In this document: in pieces, positions 10,393-20,889 of the stretch
How positions within the stretch are numbered: position 1 is the first letter of the stretch
How the letters are laid out: every line of letters starts with the position of its first letter
Source: Thermoplasmatota archaeon
Lineage (GTDB): Archaea > Thermoplasmatota > E2 > UBA202 > JdFR-43
DNA: 64,000 nucleotides
Assembly: GCA_038818725.1 (NCBI GenBank)
Contig: JAWAYL010000003.1
Coordinates: 1,791-65,790 of the forward strand
Direction of reading: 5' to 3'
Translations under genes and position numbers: made by a program
Notes under the pieces: generated by a model
What the model saw: only the letters and a program-made list of their open reading frames with translations
What the model was told of the DNA's origin: nothing
Databases searched by the model: none

Positions 10393-11628
10393 TTAGCCTC
10401 TTATCTCTTCAATAATCTCCTTTGCTCTATCCATTCTTATTTTTCCTTCTTCAACCATCTTTTTTGCTACAATATCTATTTCCTCACCTTTTGCTCCAGC
10501 CATTATTGCTATATTTTGAGCATGAAGTTTCATATGTCCAGCTTGTATTCCTTTTGTTGAAAGGGCATAAATAGCTGCAAAATTTTGAGCAAGTCCAACA
10601 GATGCCATTATTTCAGCAAGCTCCTTAGCTGTTTTTACTCCCATTATTTTAAGACAAAGCTTTGCCATTGGATGAACCTTTGTTGCCCCTCCAACTGTTC
10701 CAACAGCGAGCGGGAGCTTTATTTTTCCATATAAGTCACCATTTTCATTTTTTTTCCAAGTGGTGAGTGGCTTATATCCATTCATACTTGCATATGCATG
10801 AGCCCCCGCCTCAATAGCCCGCCAATCGTTGCCTGTTGCAATTGCAACCGCATCTATTCCATTCATTATTCCTTTATTGTGAGTTGCAGCTCTGAAAGGA
10901 TCTAAGCATGCAAATTCATATGCTTTTATGACTTTATCAACAGCATTTCCTATTTCCTCCTTTTTATAAACTACTTCTGCTTCAGCCATTCTATAAATTG
11001 CAAGATTTGATATTATTCTGAGCAATGCTTTTCCATTTGTTATTTTTTCAATTAGAGGAGCAGTCGCCTCCGCCATTGTATTCACTGCATTTGCACCCAT
11101 TGCATCCCTTACATCTACAAGAAGATGCACTACTAACATATCATTACTTAGCCATCTTACTTCAATATCTCTTGCTCCCCCTCCAAATTCAACAAGCACC
11201 TTATCCTGAGCATTTGCAAGCTCTATTATATCTTCCTTTCTCTCCATTATTTTCTTTTCAGCATCTCTGCATGGATTTAAAACCTGTATCTGTCCTATCA
11301 TTATCGGCTCACTCGCCTTTGCCCTAAATCCCGCAGGGCGAGCCATCCTTGCCGCATTTGAGGCTGCAGCAACAACAGATGTTTCTTCAATTGCCATTGG
11401 AATAAGCAATTCTTTTCCATTTATTATAAAATTTGTTGCAATTCCAAGCGGAAGTTGCATGCATCCAACAACATTTTCAATCATTCTATTTGCTATATCT
11501 TTTGGAAGAGCATTAAAAGAAATTAGCTGATTTGCTTCTTCATCGCTAAGTTCCGCGAATTCCTTAACAATTTTAACTCTTTCTTCCATACTCATCTTAT
11601 AAAAGCCGGATATGCGAGACGATTTCAT
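10393..11628 (-). CDS. mvaA: HMG-CoA reductase, class II
   Basis: SRISGFYK, MIENVVG, EETSVVAAAS, DAMGAN, ATHNKGIMNG, GIQAGHMKLH. Confidence 0.96.
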   Translation of the reverse strand: MKSSRISGFYKMSMEERVKIVKEFAELSDEEANQLISFNALPKDIANRMIENVVGCMQLPLGIATNFIINGKELLIPMAIEETSVVAAASNAARMARPAGFRAKASEPIMIGQIQVLNPCRDAEKKIMERKEDIIELANAQDKVLVEFGGGARDIEVRWLSNDMLVVHLLVDVRDAMGANAVNTMAEATAPLIEKITNGKALLRIISNLAIYRMAEAEVVYKKEEIGNAVDKVIKAYEFACLDPFRAATHNKGIMNGIDAVAIATGNDWRAIEAGAHAYASMNGYKPLTTWKKNENGDLYGKIKLPLAVGTVGGATKVHPMAKLCLKIMGVKTAKELAEIMASVGLAQNFAAIYALSTKGIQAGHMKLHAQNIAIMAGAKGEEIDIVAKKMVEEGKIRMDRAKEIIEEIRG

Positions 11629-11697
11629 AAAAAACAATTTTATTTCAATATAAATAATTAACCGACAATTTTATATCTACCTTTCATTTATCTAAAT

Positions 11698-11859
11698 ATG
11701 GCAAAGAAAAGCAGGAGTGGCTTCCAGTCCGCTGCTGGCTTAGTAAGGTATTTTGAAGAAGAGAAAACAGGTTTAAAAATTGACCCAAGGTTTATAGTTG
11801 TTTTTTCAATCCTCACTGTAGCTATTGTTGTTGCAATGAAATATCTTTTCCCTGTCTAA
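11698..11859 (+). CDS. secG: Preprotein translocase subunit Sec61beta (53 aa, absent from ORF track)
   Basis: Manual translation MAKKSRSGFQSAAGLVRYFEEEKTGLKIDP followed by one TM helix. Confidence 0.93.
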   Translation: MAKKSRSGFQSAAGLVRYFEEEKTGLKIDPRFIVVFSILTVAIVVAMKYLFPV

Positions 11860-12555
11860 ATGTATGTCTTCATTCTCGGTCCAGCGGGCGCAGGCAAAAC
11901 GAGCATAGCAAAAAATTTATCGAAGCATGGAATTTTAATAAATCTTGATGCTGCAACCCCTTGCAATGCATGCATTGATATAAGAAAATGGGTAAAAATA
12001 GAGGAAATTCAAAAAAATTATGCTTTGGGAATAAATGGTGCTTTATTAAAAAGCATGGAAATAATAAGCAATATGGATGAATGGCTTGTTAAAGATAAAA
12101 ATAAAATTAAAATTGTAGATACTCCAGGACAGCTTGATATTTTTTTATATCACGATTATGGAAGAAAAATAGTTAAGAAAGCATCTGAAAATGATATTGT
12201 TTCATCTGTTTTTGTTATGGATGCAAATGAAATTCTTTCGGTTGAAAATTACCTTGCAATGCTTGCTCTAAATGCAATTATAAATTTGCGCCTCTCAATT
12301 CCTTCAATAACTGTTATAAATAAAATAGATACGATTAATGTTGAGCAAATAAAAAAATTTTTTGATAGAAAATATTTGAAAAATGAAATTAAGAAAGGGG
12401 ATGCTATTGTATCTCTTGCTTCTGGATTGATTGATTATATAGAATATACAAGCATTTATTCTCGTGCTATTCTTACTTCTGCAAAAACAGGCGAAGGAAT
12501 AGATGAATTATATGATGCAATTCATGAAGTTCATTGTTCATGTGGTGAGCTATAA
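11860..12555 (+). CDS. GPN-loop GTPase family protein (variant loop)
   Basis: GPAGAGKT, NLD, YALGINGAL, DTPGQ, NKID, SAK. Confidence 0.85.
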   Translation: MYVFILGPAGAGKTSIAKNLSKHGILINLDAATPCNACIDIRKWVKIEEIQKNYALGINGALLKSMEIISNMDEWLVKDKNKIKIVDTPGQLDIFLYHDYGRKIVKKASENDIVSSVFVMDANEILSVENYLAMLALNAIINLRLSIPSITVINKIDTINVEQIKKFFDRKYLKNEIKKGDAIVSLASGLIDYIEYTSIYSRAILTSAKTGEGIDELYDAIHEVHCSCGEL

Positions 12556-12605
12556 TTTTATGATTGAACCATACATTTTATAAATAAAAAAACATTTCTT
12601 TCAGC

Positions 12606-14897
12606 ATGAAAAAGATAGCAATACTTATTGCAGGAATTATGTTTGTGTCATTATCCAGTTTTCCAAGCAAAGCATTTTCCAACGGAGGCGAGATTTCTGG
12701 TGTTGCATTAGCAGTTGATGGAAATATAATTACTGTTGGCTACATGCTTGAGAACGATAAATATGTAATGACTGTTGAAAAATATGACAGCCAGAATGGA
12801 TATTTAATCTGGAGCAAAAAATTCGGTACATATTCACAGAATATTGGAAAAGCAGTTGTTGTTGATGCCAGCGGAAACATTTATGCGGGCACAGTTGCTG
12901 GCAGGAGTGCTGCGGGGATTGAAATCCCATCAACCGACTACTTAATTGTCAAATATGATAAAAATGGAAAGGAGATATGGAATAAAACATATGATAATGG
13001 TTTTGCAGATTTTTTAATGGATATGGCAATAGATGAAGATAATAATGTTTATGCAACTGGAATGACCCTTTATCTTTCTGGTGGGCAGAATTTATCGAAT
13101 ATAGATTTCTGGACAATAAAAATTGGTGGGGATGGAAATATAATCAAGCAGGATAAATATGATGAGGAGATGGATGCAGCTTTTGGAATAGATATTAAAG
13201 GAAGTAAGGTTATTGTTGCGGGAACAGTTCAGAAAGGAGAGGAGCAGAGCAAATACTGCATAGTTATTTATAACAAAGATTTAGTTCCTATTTCAACCAT
13301 ATATTATGAAACTGGAATATGCTCTGCATCTGATGTTGCAATTTTCGATGATGGAAGCTTTGCTGTTACAGGAAGCAAGGATGATGATATATTAACAATT
13401 CTTTATGATAGCAATGGAAATAAGAAAAAAGAATTTATTGAAGGAGGAAATAAAAAAGATGATGCCCTCGCAATTTCTTCTGATGGAAGCAATTTTGTTA
13501 TAGGTGGTTATGCAACTGAGAATTTTAAAAAGAAATGGTATATTGCAAAATATACTCAGAATTCAAAATTGTGGGAAATAAAAGATGTAGAAGGAGAAGT
13601 AAAAAGAGTTTTAATAGATAAGGAGGGAAATGTATATGCAGTTGGTTATAAACTTATAGGAGGAAATGAAATTCCATGTATAAGGAAATATTCTTCAAAT
13701 GGAAATTTTATATGGGAAGGAAAAGCAGGTGAGCCACCTCAGCCCTTAAAAGCTGATTTCAGATGGCTTCCTCCAAGCCCAACAAGAGCAGATGTTATTA
13801 GATTTTATGATAACTCAACTGGAGAAATAAACTCATGGGAATGGGATTTTGGAGATGGAAGCTTTAGTTACGAAAAAAATCCAAAGCATAAATACACTAC
13901 TGTTGGAAAATTTAATGTAACTTTAAAGATTAGGGGTCCAGAAGGAGAGGCAAATGTAACAAAGGAAATTTATATTTCAAATGCTCTTCCATTTGCTGAT
14001 TTTGACTGGAATCCAAAAAATCCTGTGGAAAAAGTAAATATAACTTTCAATGCAAGCATTAGCTATGATTTAGATGGAATCATAGTAAATTATACTTGGC
14101 AATTTGGAGATGGAAGCATTGCATATGGAAAAGAAGTTATTCATGCTTATAATAGCAAGGGAAATTATACAGTCAATTTGACAGTGTTGGATAATGACGG
14201 AGGAGAAAAAAGAATATCAAAATTAATTATAGTTGGCGAGAAAGAAGCAAATCCACCATTTGCAATTTTCAAAATTAAAGAAAGAGCTGGAAAGGGAGAA
14301 ACTGTTTTAATTGATGCAAGTGAGAGTTATGATAATGGCACTATTGTCAAATATATATGGGATTTTGGAGATGGAGCTAATGTAACAAAAACTCAGCCGT
14401 TTGTAGAGCATGTATGGTATAAGGATGGTGAATACAGGGTTACACTTATAGTTGAAGATGATGAGGGGTATCAATCATCGTATTCAAGGATTATAGTCGT
14501 AGGGGGTTTGCCAGAGTTAATGATTAATGCGCCATCTGAAATCTCTTGTGAGAAAAATAAAGAAAAATCTTTTAAAATTAATATTTCAGCTGTTAACCAA
14601 TCCTTATTCTATTTGAATTTCTCTTTTGAAATTGAGGGAAATATTGAGGTAAATCCACAAATAAATAACTTTAACATTTCTGCTGGTGACATAAAAGAGA
14701 TTGAAATAAAAGTTATTGCAAAGGAGAAAGGAAAGATAAAGATAAGATTAATTGGAGAAGATATAGAAAATAATGTTCCAGTAGAAAGCAATGAAGCAAT
14801 TGTTTTGGTTAATTTATCAGAAAAAACACCTTCTTTTGAGCTATTTGCATTTATATTTGCAATAATTGCTGTTTTGCTAATAAGAAGAAGGAAATGA
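12606..14897 (+). CDS. Cell-surface protein: N-terminal beta-propeller repeats, three PKD domains, PGF-CTERM-like anchor
   Basis: Signal peptide, VVDASGNIYA-type repeats, three W(D/Q)FGDG motifs, C-terminal TPSF-TM-RRRK. Confidence 0.85.
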   Translation: MKKIAILIAGIMFVSLSSFPSKAFSNGGEISGVALAVDGNIITVGYMLENDKYVMTVEKYDSQNGYLIWSKKFGTYSQNIGKAVVVDASGNIYAGTVAGRSAAGIEIPSTDYLIVKYDKNGKEIWNKTYDNGFADFLMDMAIDEDNNVYATGMTLYLSGGQNLSNIDFWTIKIGGDGNIIKQDKYDEEMDAAFGIDIKGSKVIVAGTVQKGEEQSKYCIVIYNKDLVPISTIYYETGICSASDVAIFDDGSFAVTGSKDDDILTILYDSNGNKKKEFIEGGNKKDDALAISSDGSNFVIGGYATENFKKKWYIAKYTQNSKLWEIKDVEGEVKRVLIDKEGNVYAVGYKLIGGNEIPCIRKYSSNGNFIWEGKAGEPPQPLKADFRWLPPSPTRADVIRFYDNSTGEINSWEWDFGDGSFSYEKNPKHKYTTVGKFNVTLKIRGPEGEANVTKEIYISNALPFADFDWNPKNPVEKVNITFNASISYDLDGIIVNYTWQFGDGSIAYGKEVIHAYNSKGNYTVNLTVLDNDGGEKRISKLIIVGEKEANPPFAIFKIKERAGKGETVLIDASESYDNGTIVKYIWDFGDGANVTKTQPFVEHVWYKDGEYRVTLIVEDDEGYQSSYSRIIVVGGLPELMINAPSEISCEKNKEKSFKINISAVNQSLFYLNFSFEIEGNIEVNPQINNFNISAGDIKEIEIKVIAKEKGKIKIRLIGEDIENNVPVESNEAIVLVNLSEKTPSFELFAFIFAIIAVLLIRRRK

Positions 14898-15529
14898 GTG
14901 AAATAGAGATAGCAAGATTTTTTATAGGATTTGCAGTGCTTGCCTATGCTTCATATACAGATATAAAAACAAGAGAAGCAAGTAACTTTTTATGGATTTT
15001 TCTCTCTTTTATTGGAGTTATTTTTCTTTTTTCTTATAACCCAGATGATTTCTTCAAAATTATTATCTCAATATCTGTCTCATTTTTAATAGGCCTATTG
15101 CTGTATTTTTCTGGCATGGGCGGGGCGGATGTAAAAGCCATCTGGGCCATTTCACTTCTTCGCCCTCTTTCAAATGATATTTTTTTTATTTTTCCAGTTA
15201 GTGTGCTTATAAATTCTCTTTTCCTTATTTTGCCTCTTCCCCTAATCTTCTTTATCTATAATGCTTATAGAAAAAATCTTGAATTTCCTTACTGCTTTTT
15301 TGGATATAAAATGAAAGCAGACATTGCAAAAAATAGTTTTGTTTGGGCAATGGAAAAAGACGGTAAAAAAAGTATAACTCCTCAAAAAGATGTTGATTTA
15401 TCTTCTTATGGCAGCAAAGAAATATGGGTCACGCCTCAGCTACCCTTCCTTCTATTTATATTTTTTGGTTATATAACCGCATTTATTTTTGGAAATTTTC
15501 TATTTGCTATCTTTTCTTTCTTTAAGTAA
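14894..15529 (+). CDS. Prepilin/pre-archaellin peptidase, family A24 (FlaK/PibD-like)
   Basis: YASYTDIKTRE, MGGADVK, IWVTPQLPF. Confidence 0.9.
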   Translation: MSEIEIARFFIGFAVLAYASYTDIKTREASNFLWIFLSFIGVIFLFSYNPDDFFKIIISISVSFLIGLLLYFSGMGGADVKAIWAISLLRPLSNDIFFIFPVSVLINSLFLILPLPLIFFIYNAYRKNLEFPYCFFGYKMKADIAKNSFVWAMEKDGKKSITPQKDVDLSSYGSKEIWVTPQLPFLLFIFFGYITAFIFGNFLFAIFSFFK

Positions 15530-16117
15530 TCTTTCAATTTCTTCAGCCCTCTTTTTCATTGCTTCTATAAATCTTTTCTGGCTTGTAACAACATTTTTTA
15601 AAGATTGTTTAAATTCTTCAGTTGCACAATCAATAATAACTTCAATTAATCTTGTATGCCTATTTATTGATCTAACTATTTTTAAATATTCCTCTGCAAT
15701 TTCTTCTCCAAGCTTGTTTTTTAACTCTTTATAAATTTCTTCTGCTTCTTTTTCTTTTTTAAAAATATCCTCTATTTTTTTCTCTAAAGTTTTTTTTGTA
15801 AATGGCTTTACTATATAATTTTCTATTTTATCTATTGGCTTATCTTTTGCATCGAGAGGAGTAAGAGGGAGTGCTGTGAGCATTGAAACAGGTATATCTT
15901 TTAATTTTTCATCTTCCTTTAATTTTTTAAGTGTTTCCCATCCATCCATTTCTGGCATCATTATATCAAGAAGAATTAAATCGGGCTTTTCTTTTCTTGC
16001 TTTTTCAATACAATCCTTCCCGCTATATGCTTTTATTATCCTATATTTTTCTTCAAGCATATTTTCTACAAGCTCAACAATTTCTTTTTCATCATCAACA
16101 ACAAGTATTTTTTTCAT
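15500..16117 (-). CDS. Response regulator receiver protein with helical C-terminal extension
   Basis: KILVVDDE, PDLILLDIMMPEMDG, MLTA, YIVKPF. Confidence 0.92.
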   Translation of the reverse strand: MKKILVVDDEKEIVELVENMLEEKYRIIKAYSGKDCIEKARKEKPDLILLDIMMPEMDGWETLKKLKEDEKLKDIPVSMLTALPLTPLDAKDKPIDKIENYIVKPFTKKTLEKKIEDIFKKEKEAEEIYKELKNKLGEEIAEEYLKIVRSINRHTRLIEVIIDCATEEFKQSLKNVVTSQKRFIEAMKKRAEEIERLLKERKDSK

Positions 16118-16764
16118 TTGAGCGCCTCCTGAAGCTTTACAAGAACTTCCCTTATAGTAGTAGATGACTCTATTATATCTTTCACAAGTTGTTTCCCAAA
16201 TGGCTGAAAATCCTCGCCCCCGCCTGCCTCTATCCTTTTTCTTATCATTTCCATTAGCGCATCTATCGGTGGCATTTCTAGATAGATTTTTTCTATTTCT
16301 CTTTCCCTGAGATATTCCTTAATTCTATCAATAAATTCCACAGATGAAAATATTATTGAGATATTTAATCCCTCATCAAGCTTGCTTAGCAAATATTTAA
16401 AAATATTTTCATCTTTAACATGCTCAACTTCATCTATCATTATTATTACGGGCCTCTCAGAATATTTCTTTTTAGAAAACAACCTTGAAAAAAAGGATGC
16501 TTTTATTTCCTTTTCTATTTTTTCTTTAAAGCTATCAAAACTTATTTCTCCTCCATGGAAATATATTGCTTTAACTTTATATAAGGGAGCAAATTGGTTT
16601 ATCCATAGCAGGAAAGTTGTTTTTCCAATTCCTGTTTTACCAAGGAGCCAGAAACAACTGCTTTTGCTTCCCAATGCTTTTAATATAATTTTTCTCGCCT
16701 CTTCCTTATAAACCATAAAATTGGGGTTTGGCTCATTTGGGTTCAAAAACAATTCTTCTGGCAT
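16114..16764 (-). CDS. Small AAA+/P-loop ATPase
   Basis: Walker A GKTGIGKT, Walker B IIMIDE. Confidence 0.75.
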   Translation of the reverse strand: MPEELFLNPNEPNPNFMVYKEEARKIILKALGSKSSCFWLLGKTGIGKTTFLLWINQFAPLYKVKAIYFHGGEISFDSFKEKIEKEIKASFFSRLFSKKKYSERPVIIMIDEVEHVKDENIFKYLLSKLDEGLNISIIFSSVEFIDRIKEYLREREIEKIYLEMPPIDALMEMIRKRIEAGGGEDFQPFGKQLVKDIIESSTTIREVLVKLQEALK

Positions 16765-17044
16765 CTCAAATAAATATTTTTAAAATATATATTTCTTCTG
16801 CTTTTGTTCATCCTAAAAGAGCAACAGATTTGCAATTTTAAAATCTTTTTGTTGAAGCCTTTATTTTCTTCCGACAATCTCAAAAAATTCCTTCATTTCC
16901 ATTATATCTGAACATTTGCTTTAGTAAGCTATACCATTTTCCTATCTCTTTTTCGAAATTTTTAGAAGCAACGAATTAGATTTTTATATTAGAAAAGCTC
17001 TATATTTTCCCTAAAAGATTATAAATTCATAAATATAATTTTTC

Positions 17045-18127
17045 ATGGATTTATTTGACGAATTAAAAAAAGCAAAAGAGAAGGACGCAAAATTTAAAAA
17101 TATAATGGGCTCGATGTGCACTTTGCCTCATAAGTTTGCAAAGAAAGCATTTCAGATGTTTATTGAAACAAATCTTGGAGATTACGAGCTTTTTTCTGGA
17201 ACAAAAGAGATTGAGGAAAAAGCAATCAGTTGGGTTGCAAAACTAATGCATGCACCGCCAAGCTATGGAGGAATTTATACTTCAGGCGGAACTGAAAGCA
17301 ATATCACCGCTTTATGGATATTTAAAAAATTGAGCAATGGAAATGAAATAGTTTTGCCAAAGCAGGCTCATTTTTCCTTTATAAAAGCATCAAACTTGCT
17401 TGGATTAAAATTGAGTTTTGTAAATTGCAAATTCTATATGAAAGCAAAGGATGTAAAGAAAAAAATATCTTCAAAAACTACATGTGTTGTTGGAATAGCG
17501 GGAAATACAAATTTTGGATATATAGATGAAATAGAGGAAATAGCAGAAATATGTAGTGAAGAAAATGTTTTCATGCATGTTGATGCAGCATTTGGTGGAT
17601 TTATTGCCCCTTTTGTTAGCGAAAAAAAATTTGATTTCAGAAGCAAAATAAGCAGCATTTGCGTTGATGCCCACAAAATGGGGATGGCATGCATTCCTTG
17701 TGGTTTTCTTTTGTTGAGGGAAAAAAGCTGGCTCGAAGAAATAAAGATAAGGAGCAAATGCACTCATACTCGCTATCAAGCGAGCTTACTCGGCACCCGC
17801 CCTGGCGCAGGTGTAGTTTCTGCATATGCGGTGATGAAATATATTGGGAAAGAGGGTTATAGAAAGGTGGCAAAAGCTTGCATGGAAAATACTTTTTATA
17901 TGGTTGGTTTGCTTGATAAAGCGGGCATAGAATATTTTAAGCCGGAATTGAATATAGTAGCGATAAAAGTAAAGGAGCCATTTAAAGTTGCAAAGAAACT
18001 TGCTAAAAGAGGATGGTTTGTTGGAATAGATGAAGAAAATTCTACAATAAGATGCGTTATTATGCCTCATGTAAGCAAGAGAATGATTAATAAATTTGTT
18101 GAGGATTTAAAAAAGGTGGTAAAATGA
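17045..18127 (+). CDS. mfnA: PLP-dependent tyrosine/aspartate decarboxylase
   Basis: GSMCT, NLGD, TSGGTESN, HVDAAFGG, DAHK, GTRPG. Confidence 0.9.
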   Translation: MDLFDELKKAKEKDAKFKNIMGSMCTLPHKFAKKAFQMFIETNLGDYELFSGTKEIEEKAISWVAKLMHAPPSYGGIYTSGGTESNITALWIFKKLSNGNEIVLPKQAHFSFIKASNLLGLKLSFVNCKFYMKAKDVKKKISSKTTCVVGIAGNTNFGYIDEIEEIAEICSEENVFMHVDAAFGGFIAPFVSEKKFDFRSKISSICVDAHKMGMACIPCGFLLLREKSWLEEIKIRSKCTHTRYQASLLGTRPGAGVVSAYAVMKYIGKEGYRKVAKACMENTFYMVGLLDKAGIEYFKPELNIVAIKVKEPFKVAKKLAKRGWFVGIDEENSTIRCVIMPHVSKRMINKFVEDLKKVVK

Positions 18128-18663
18128 AATTAAAAGAATCAATAAAAGAAGCACCTATTATAAAGAAAGGAGAATATAATTATATTGTTCATCCAATAAC
18201 TGATGGAATACCATTTATTGAGCCAGAAATAATTGAAGAAATTGTAGATGAAATAATTAAGGAAATGCCATCTTGCAATAGAATTTTAACTATTGAGGCA
18301 ATGGGCATACCTATTGCCACTGCTCTTTCATTAAAAACTGGTTTGCCTTTTACAATAGTAAGAAAAAGAAAATATTCATTGCCGGAAGAAAAAGAAGTTA
18401 TACAAAAAACTGGCTATTCAGAGACAAAATTATATATAAACGGAATAAAAAAAGGAGATGAAATTGTAATTGTTGATGATGTAATAAGCACTGGTGGAAC
18501 GCTTATTGCTGTTGTTGATGCAGTGAAAGAAATAGGAGCAAAAATAAAAGGAATATTTATTGCAATAAATAAAGGAAATAAAGAAGAAATTGAGAAAAAA
18601 ATAGGAATGAAAATAAAGACAATTGTTGATATAGAAGTGAATGATGAAGTTAGAATACTATAA
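18124..18663 (+). CDS. hpt: Hypoxanthine/guanine phosphoribosyltransferase (archaeal APRT-like)
   Basis: YIVHPITDG, EAMGIP, QKTGYS, IVDDVISTGGT. Confidence 0.9.
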   Translation: MKLKESIKEAPIIKKGEYNYIVHPITDGIPFIEPEIIEEIVDEIIKEMPSCNRILTIEAMGIPIATALSLKTGLPFTIVRKRKYSLPEEKEVIQKTGYSETKLYINGIKKGDEIVIVDDVISTGGTLIAVVDAVKEIGAKIKGIFIAINKGNKEEIEKKIGMKIKTIVDIEVNDEVRIL

Positions 18664-19618
18664 TATAGATGAAAATAAATTGCTTGAAGAAGCAAGAAAT
18701 GGAAAAATAGGAATTAAATTGCCAGATGGATTAGCAAGATATGCAGAAAAAATAATTGATTTTTTAAGTAAGCATGGCATAGAAGCAATTTTTATCGCAG
18801 ATTCATGTCATGGGGCTTGCGACTTTTCTGAATATGAAGGAATAGACAAAATAATATTTATTGGAGAAGCAGAAATGCCTTATTTAAAGAAAAAATATAA
18901 AATTGGAGCAATTGAAGCAATTTATGATTTCGATGAAAAATTTTTAGAAACTTTAATTCCTTTTATTGAAGAAAAAAATATCGGGCTTGTAAGCATCACT
19001 CCTTTTATTCATAAAATAGAAGATTGTAAAAAATTTTTTGAAAATAAAGGATATAATGTTTTCATTGGAAAAAAGAGCAGGAGAACAAAATATGATGGTC
19101 AGCTGCTTGGATGCGATTTTTCTTCAGCAAAAATGATAGCAAGAAATGTTGATTGCTTTGTTTTTATAGGAGATGGATTATTTCATCCTATTGGGCTTTA
19201 TATAGCAACAAGAAAAGATGTTATAGCTGCAAATCCTATTGAAAAAAGAGTTTATAAAGAAGAGATAAAAAAAGAGGCTGAAAAAATAATTAAAAAAAGA
19301 TATTCTTTAATTTATAAAGCAAAGGATTCAAAAAATTTTGGAATAATAGTTAGCAGAAAAATAGGGCAAAAAAGAATGGAGCTTGCGAAAAAATTAAAAA
19401 AGAAAATAGAAGGAAAAGGAAAAAAGGCAAGCATAATTTATATTGATGAGATTGATGAAAAGATAAATTATTTAGATTTTGATTGCTTTGTTTCAACTGC
19501 CTGTCCAAGAGTTGCTATCGATGACTCAGATAAATTTAAGAAACCATTGCTTACTCCTTTTGAATTAGAAATTTTATTTGAAGAAAGAGAAAGCTATGTA
19601 ATGGATGAAATTTATTAA
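18641..19618 (+). CDS. dph2: Diphthamide biosynthesis enzyme Dph2
   Basis: LPDGL, GACD, GQLLGC, GLFH, TACPR. Confidence 0.93.
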   Translation: MMKLEYYNIDENKLLEEARNGKIGIKLPDGLARYAEKIIDFLSKHGIEAIFIADSCHGACDFSEYEGIDKIIFIGEAEMPYLKKKYKIGAIEAIYDFDEKFLETLIPFIEEKNIGLVSITPFIHKIEDCKKFFENKGYNVFIGKKSRRTKYDGQLLGCDFSSAKMIARNVDCFVFIGDGLFHPIGLYIATRKDVIAANPIEKRVYKEEIKKEAEKIIKKRYSLIYKAKDSKNFGIIVSRKIGQKRMELAKKLKKKIEGKGKKASIIYIDEIDEKINYLDFDCFVSTACPRVAIDDSDKFKKPLLTPFELEILFEERESYVMDEIY

Positions 19619-19648
19619 AAAATAAGGAAAAAGGGATGTTATTTATCT

Positions 19649-20644
19649 TTATAAATTTTTTGGAGCAATTTTTGAAAGAAATTTTAAAATGAGATGGGTG
19701 GCGTAATCATTTATCATAAATTTTGATATTGCAAGAGCAATTTCATTTTCTCTCTTAATTTTCTTTCCTATTCTTTCCATCCATATTTTTTTATAATCTT
19801 TTTTCCTTTTAATTGAATCTGCCAAAATTCTCGCTGAAATCATGGAAAGAAGATTTCCAGCCCCAACTATACCCCGCACTTGGCAGGCGGCATCGCCAAC
19901 CAAAAAAATATTTTTTCTTCCAAGCTCAAAAGATTTTGAAATAGGAACATGTCCTCCTTTCCATTTAGCTTTATATTTTTCTTTGAATTTTTTAAAAGAT
20001 TCCTTAAATTTTTTTAAAGAAAGAGAGCCAATTCCTATATTCCATTCCTCCTTTTTAGGGAAAAACCATGAATAGCCATATCTAACATTTAAATCTAAAT
20101 AGAATTTATCTTTATCTCTTTCTATTTCTTTGCTTATTCCAGAAGCTCCTATGGCAAATTTAGGTTTTTTTATTCCTAAATAGTTTTTTACTAAGGAAAA
20201 GCTCCCATCTGCTCCAATAATAATTTTTGTCTCAATTCTTTGCGGCTCTAAAATAAAATTTCCATCTTTTTTAATTGAAATAACTTTTTCATTCATTCTT
20301 ATATTCGCTCCTTTTTTTATTGCTTGATTTGCCAGTTCTTTTTCTACTTCTTTTTTATTTATAGTGAGCAAATTTGTTTCTAAAGAAATTTTTCCATATT
20401 TTGTAGATATTATACATTCATTGATTTCTCTTTCAATTCCTTTCTTACTTTCATATAGATCAAAAAAATAGTAATCATCTATTTTTGTGCCCATGCCTTC
20501 GCCGCATGCCTTCATAAAAAAATCTTTATGTTCTTCAAGCAATACAAAATCCATGCCTTCTTCTGCTAAAAATTTTCCTAAGCTTAAGCCAGCTATGCCT
20601 CCTCCAATTATTACAATATCATGTTTTTCCACGATAAAAAACAT
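19649..20644 (-). CDS. Geranylgeranyl reductase-family FAD oxidoreductase
   Basis: IIGGGIAG, KACGEG, IGADG, YSWFFP, VGDAA; start uncertain (20644 or 20632). Confidence 0.85.
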   Translation of the reverse strand: MFFIVEKHDIVIIGGGIAGLSLGKFLAEEGMDFVLLEEHKDFFMKACGEGMGTKIDDYYFFDLYESKKGIEREINECIISTKYGKISLETNLLTINKKEVEKELANQAIKKGANIRMNEKVISIKKDGNFILEPQRIETKIIIGADGSFSLVKNYLGIKKPKFAIGASGISKEIERDKDKFYLDLNVRYGYSWFFPKKEEWNIGIGSLSLKKFKESFKKFKEKYKAKWKGGHVPISKSFELGRKNIFLVGDAACQVRGIVGAGNLLSMISARILADSIKRKKDYKKIWMERIGKKIKRENEIALAISKFMINDYATHLILKFLSKIAPKNL

Positions 20645-20679
20645 TTTTATATATAAAATATATTTCTTGCGGTGATTAG

Positions 20680-20889
20680 TTGGGAAACATAAAGCCTTCA
20701 TTCATAAAAAATGTAGCAATAGAACTAATAAACAGGTTTCCAGACATATTTAGCGATGATTTTGAAAAAAATAAATTGATGGTTGAGAAATTCACAACAA
20801 TAAAATCAAAAAATACAAGGAATAGGGTAGCTGGCTATATTGCAAGGATAATGGAGGATAGAAAGAAGAAAAATGAAAAAGGAAGTTGA
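20680..20889 (+). CDS. rps17e: 30S ribosomal protein S17e
   Basis: MGNIKPSFIK, FSDDFEKNK, RNRVAGYI. Confidence 0.95.
   Translation: MGNIKPSFIKNVAIELINRFPDIFSDDFEKNKLMVEKFTTIKSKNTRNRVAGYIARIMEDRKKKNEKGS

Noticed and set aside
10393..11628. Bacterial-type class II HMG-CoA reductase (and GpmI at 41482) in an archaeon
   Set aside because: Already well known in Thermoplasmatales, Archaeoglobus and other euryarchaea
16765..17044. 280-bp gap with a short minus-strand MEMKEFFEIVGRK fragment
   Set aside because: Too short to support a pseudogene call; no stable RNA structure seen; likely divergent promoters
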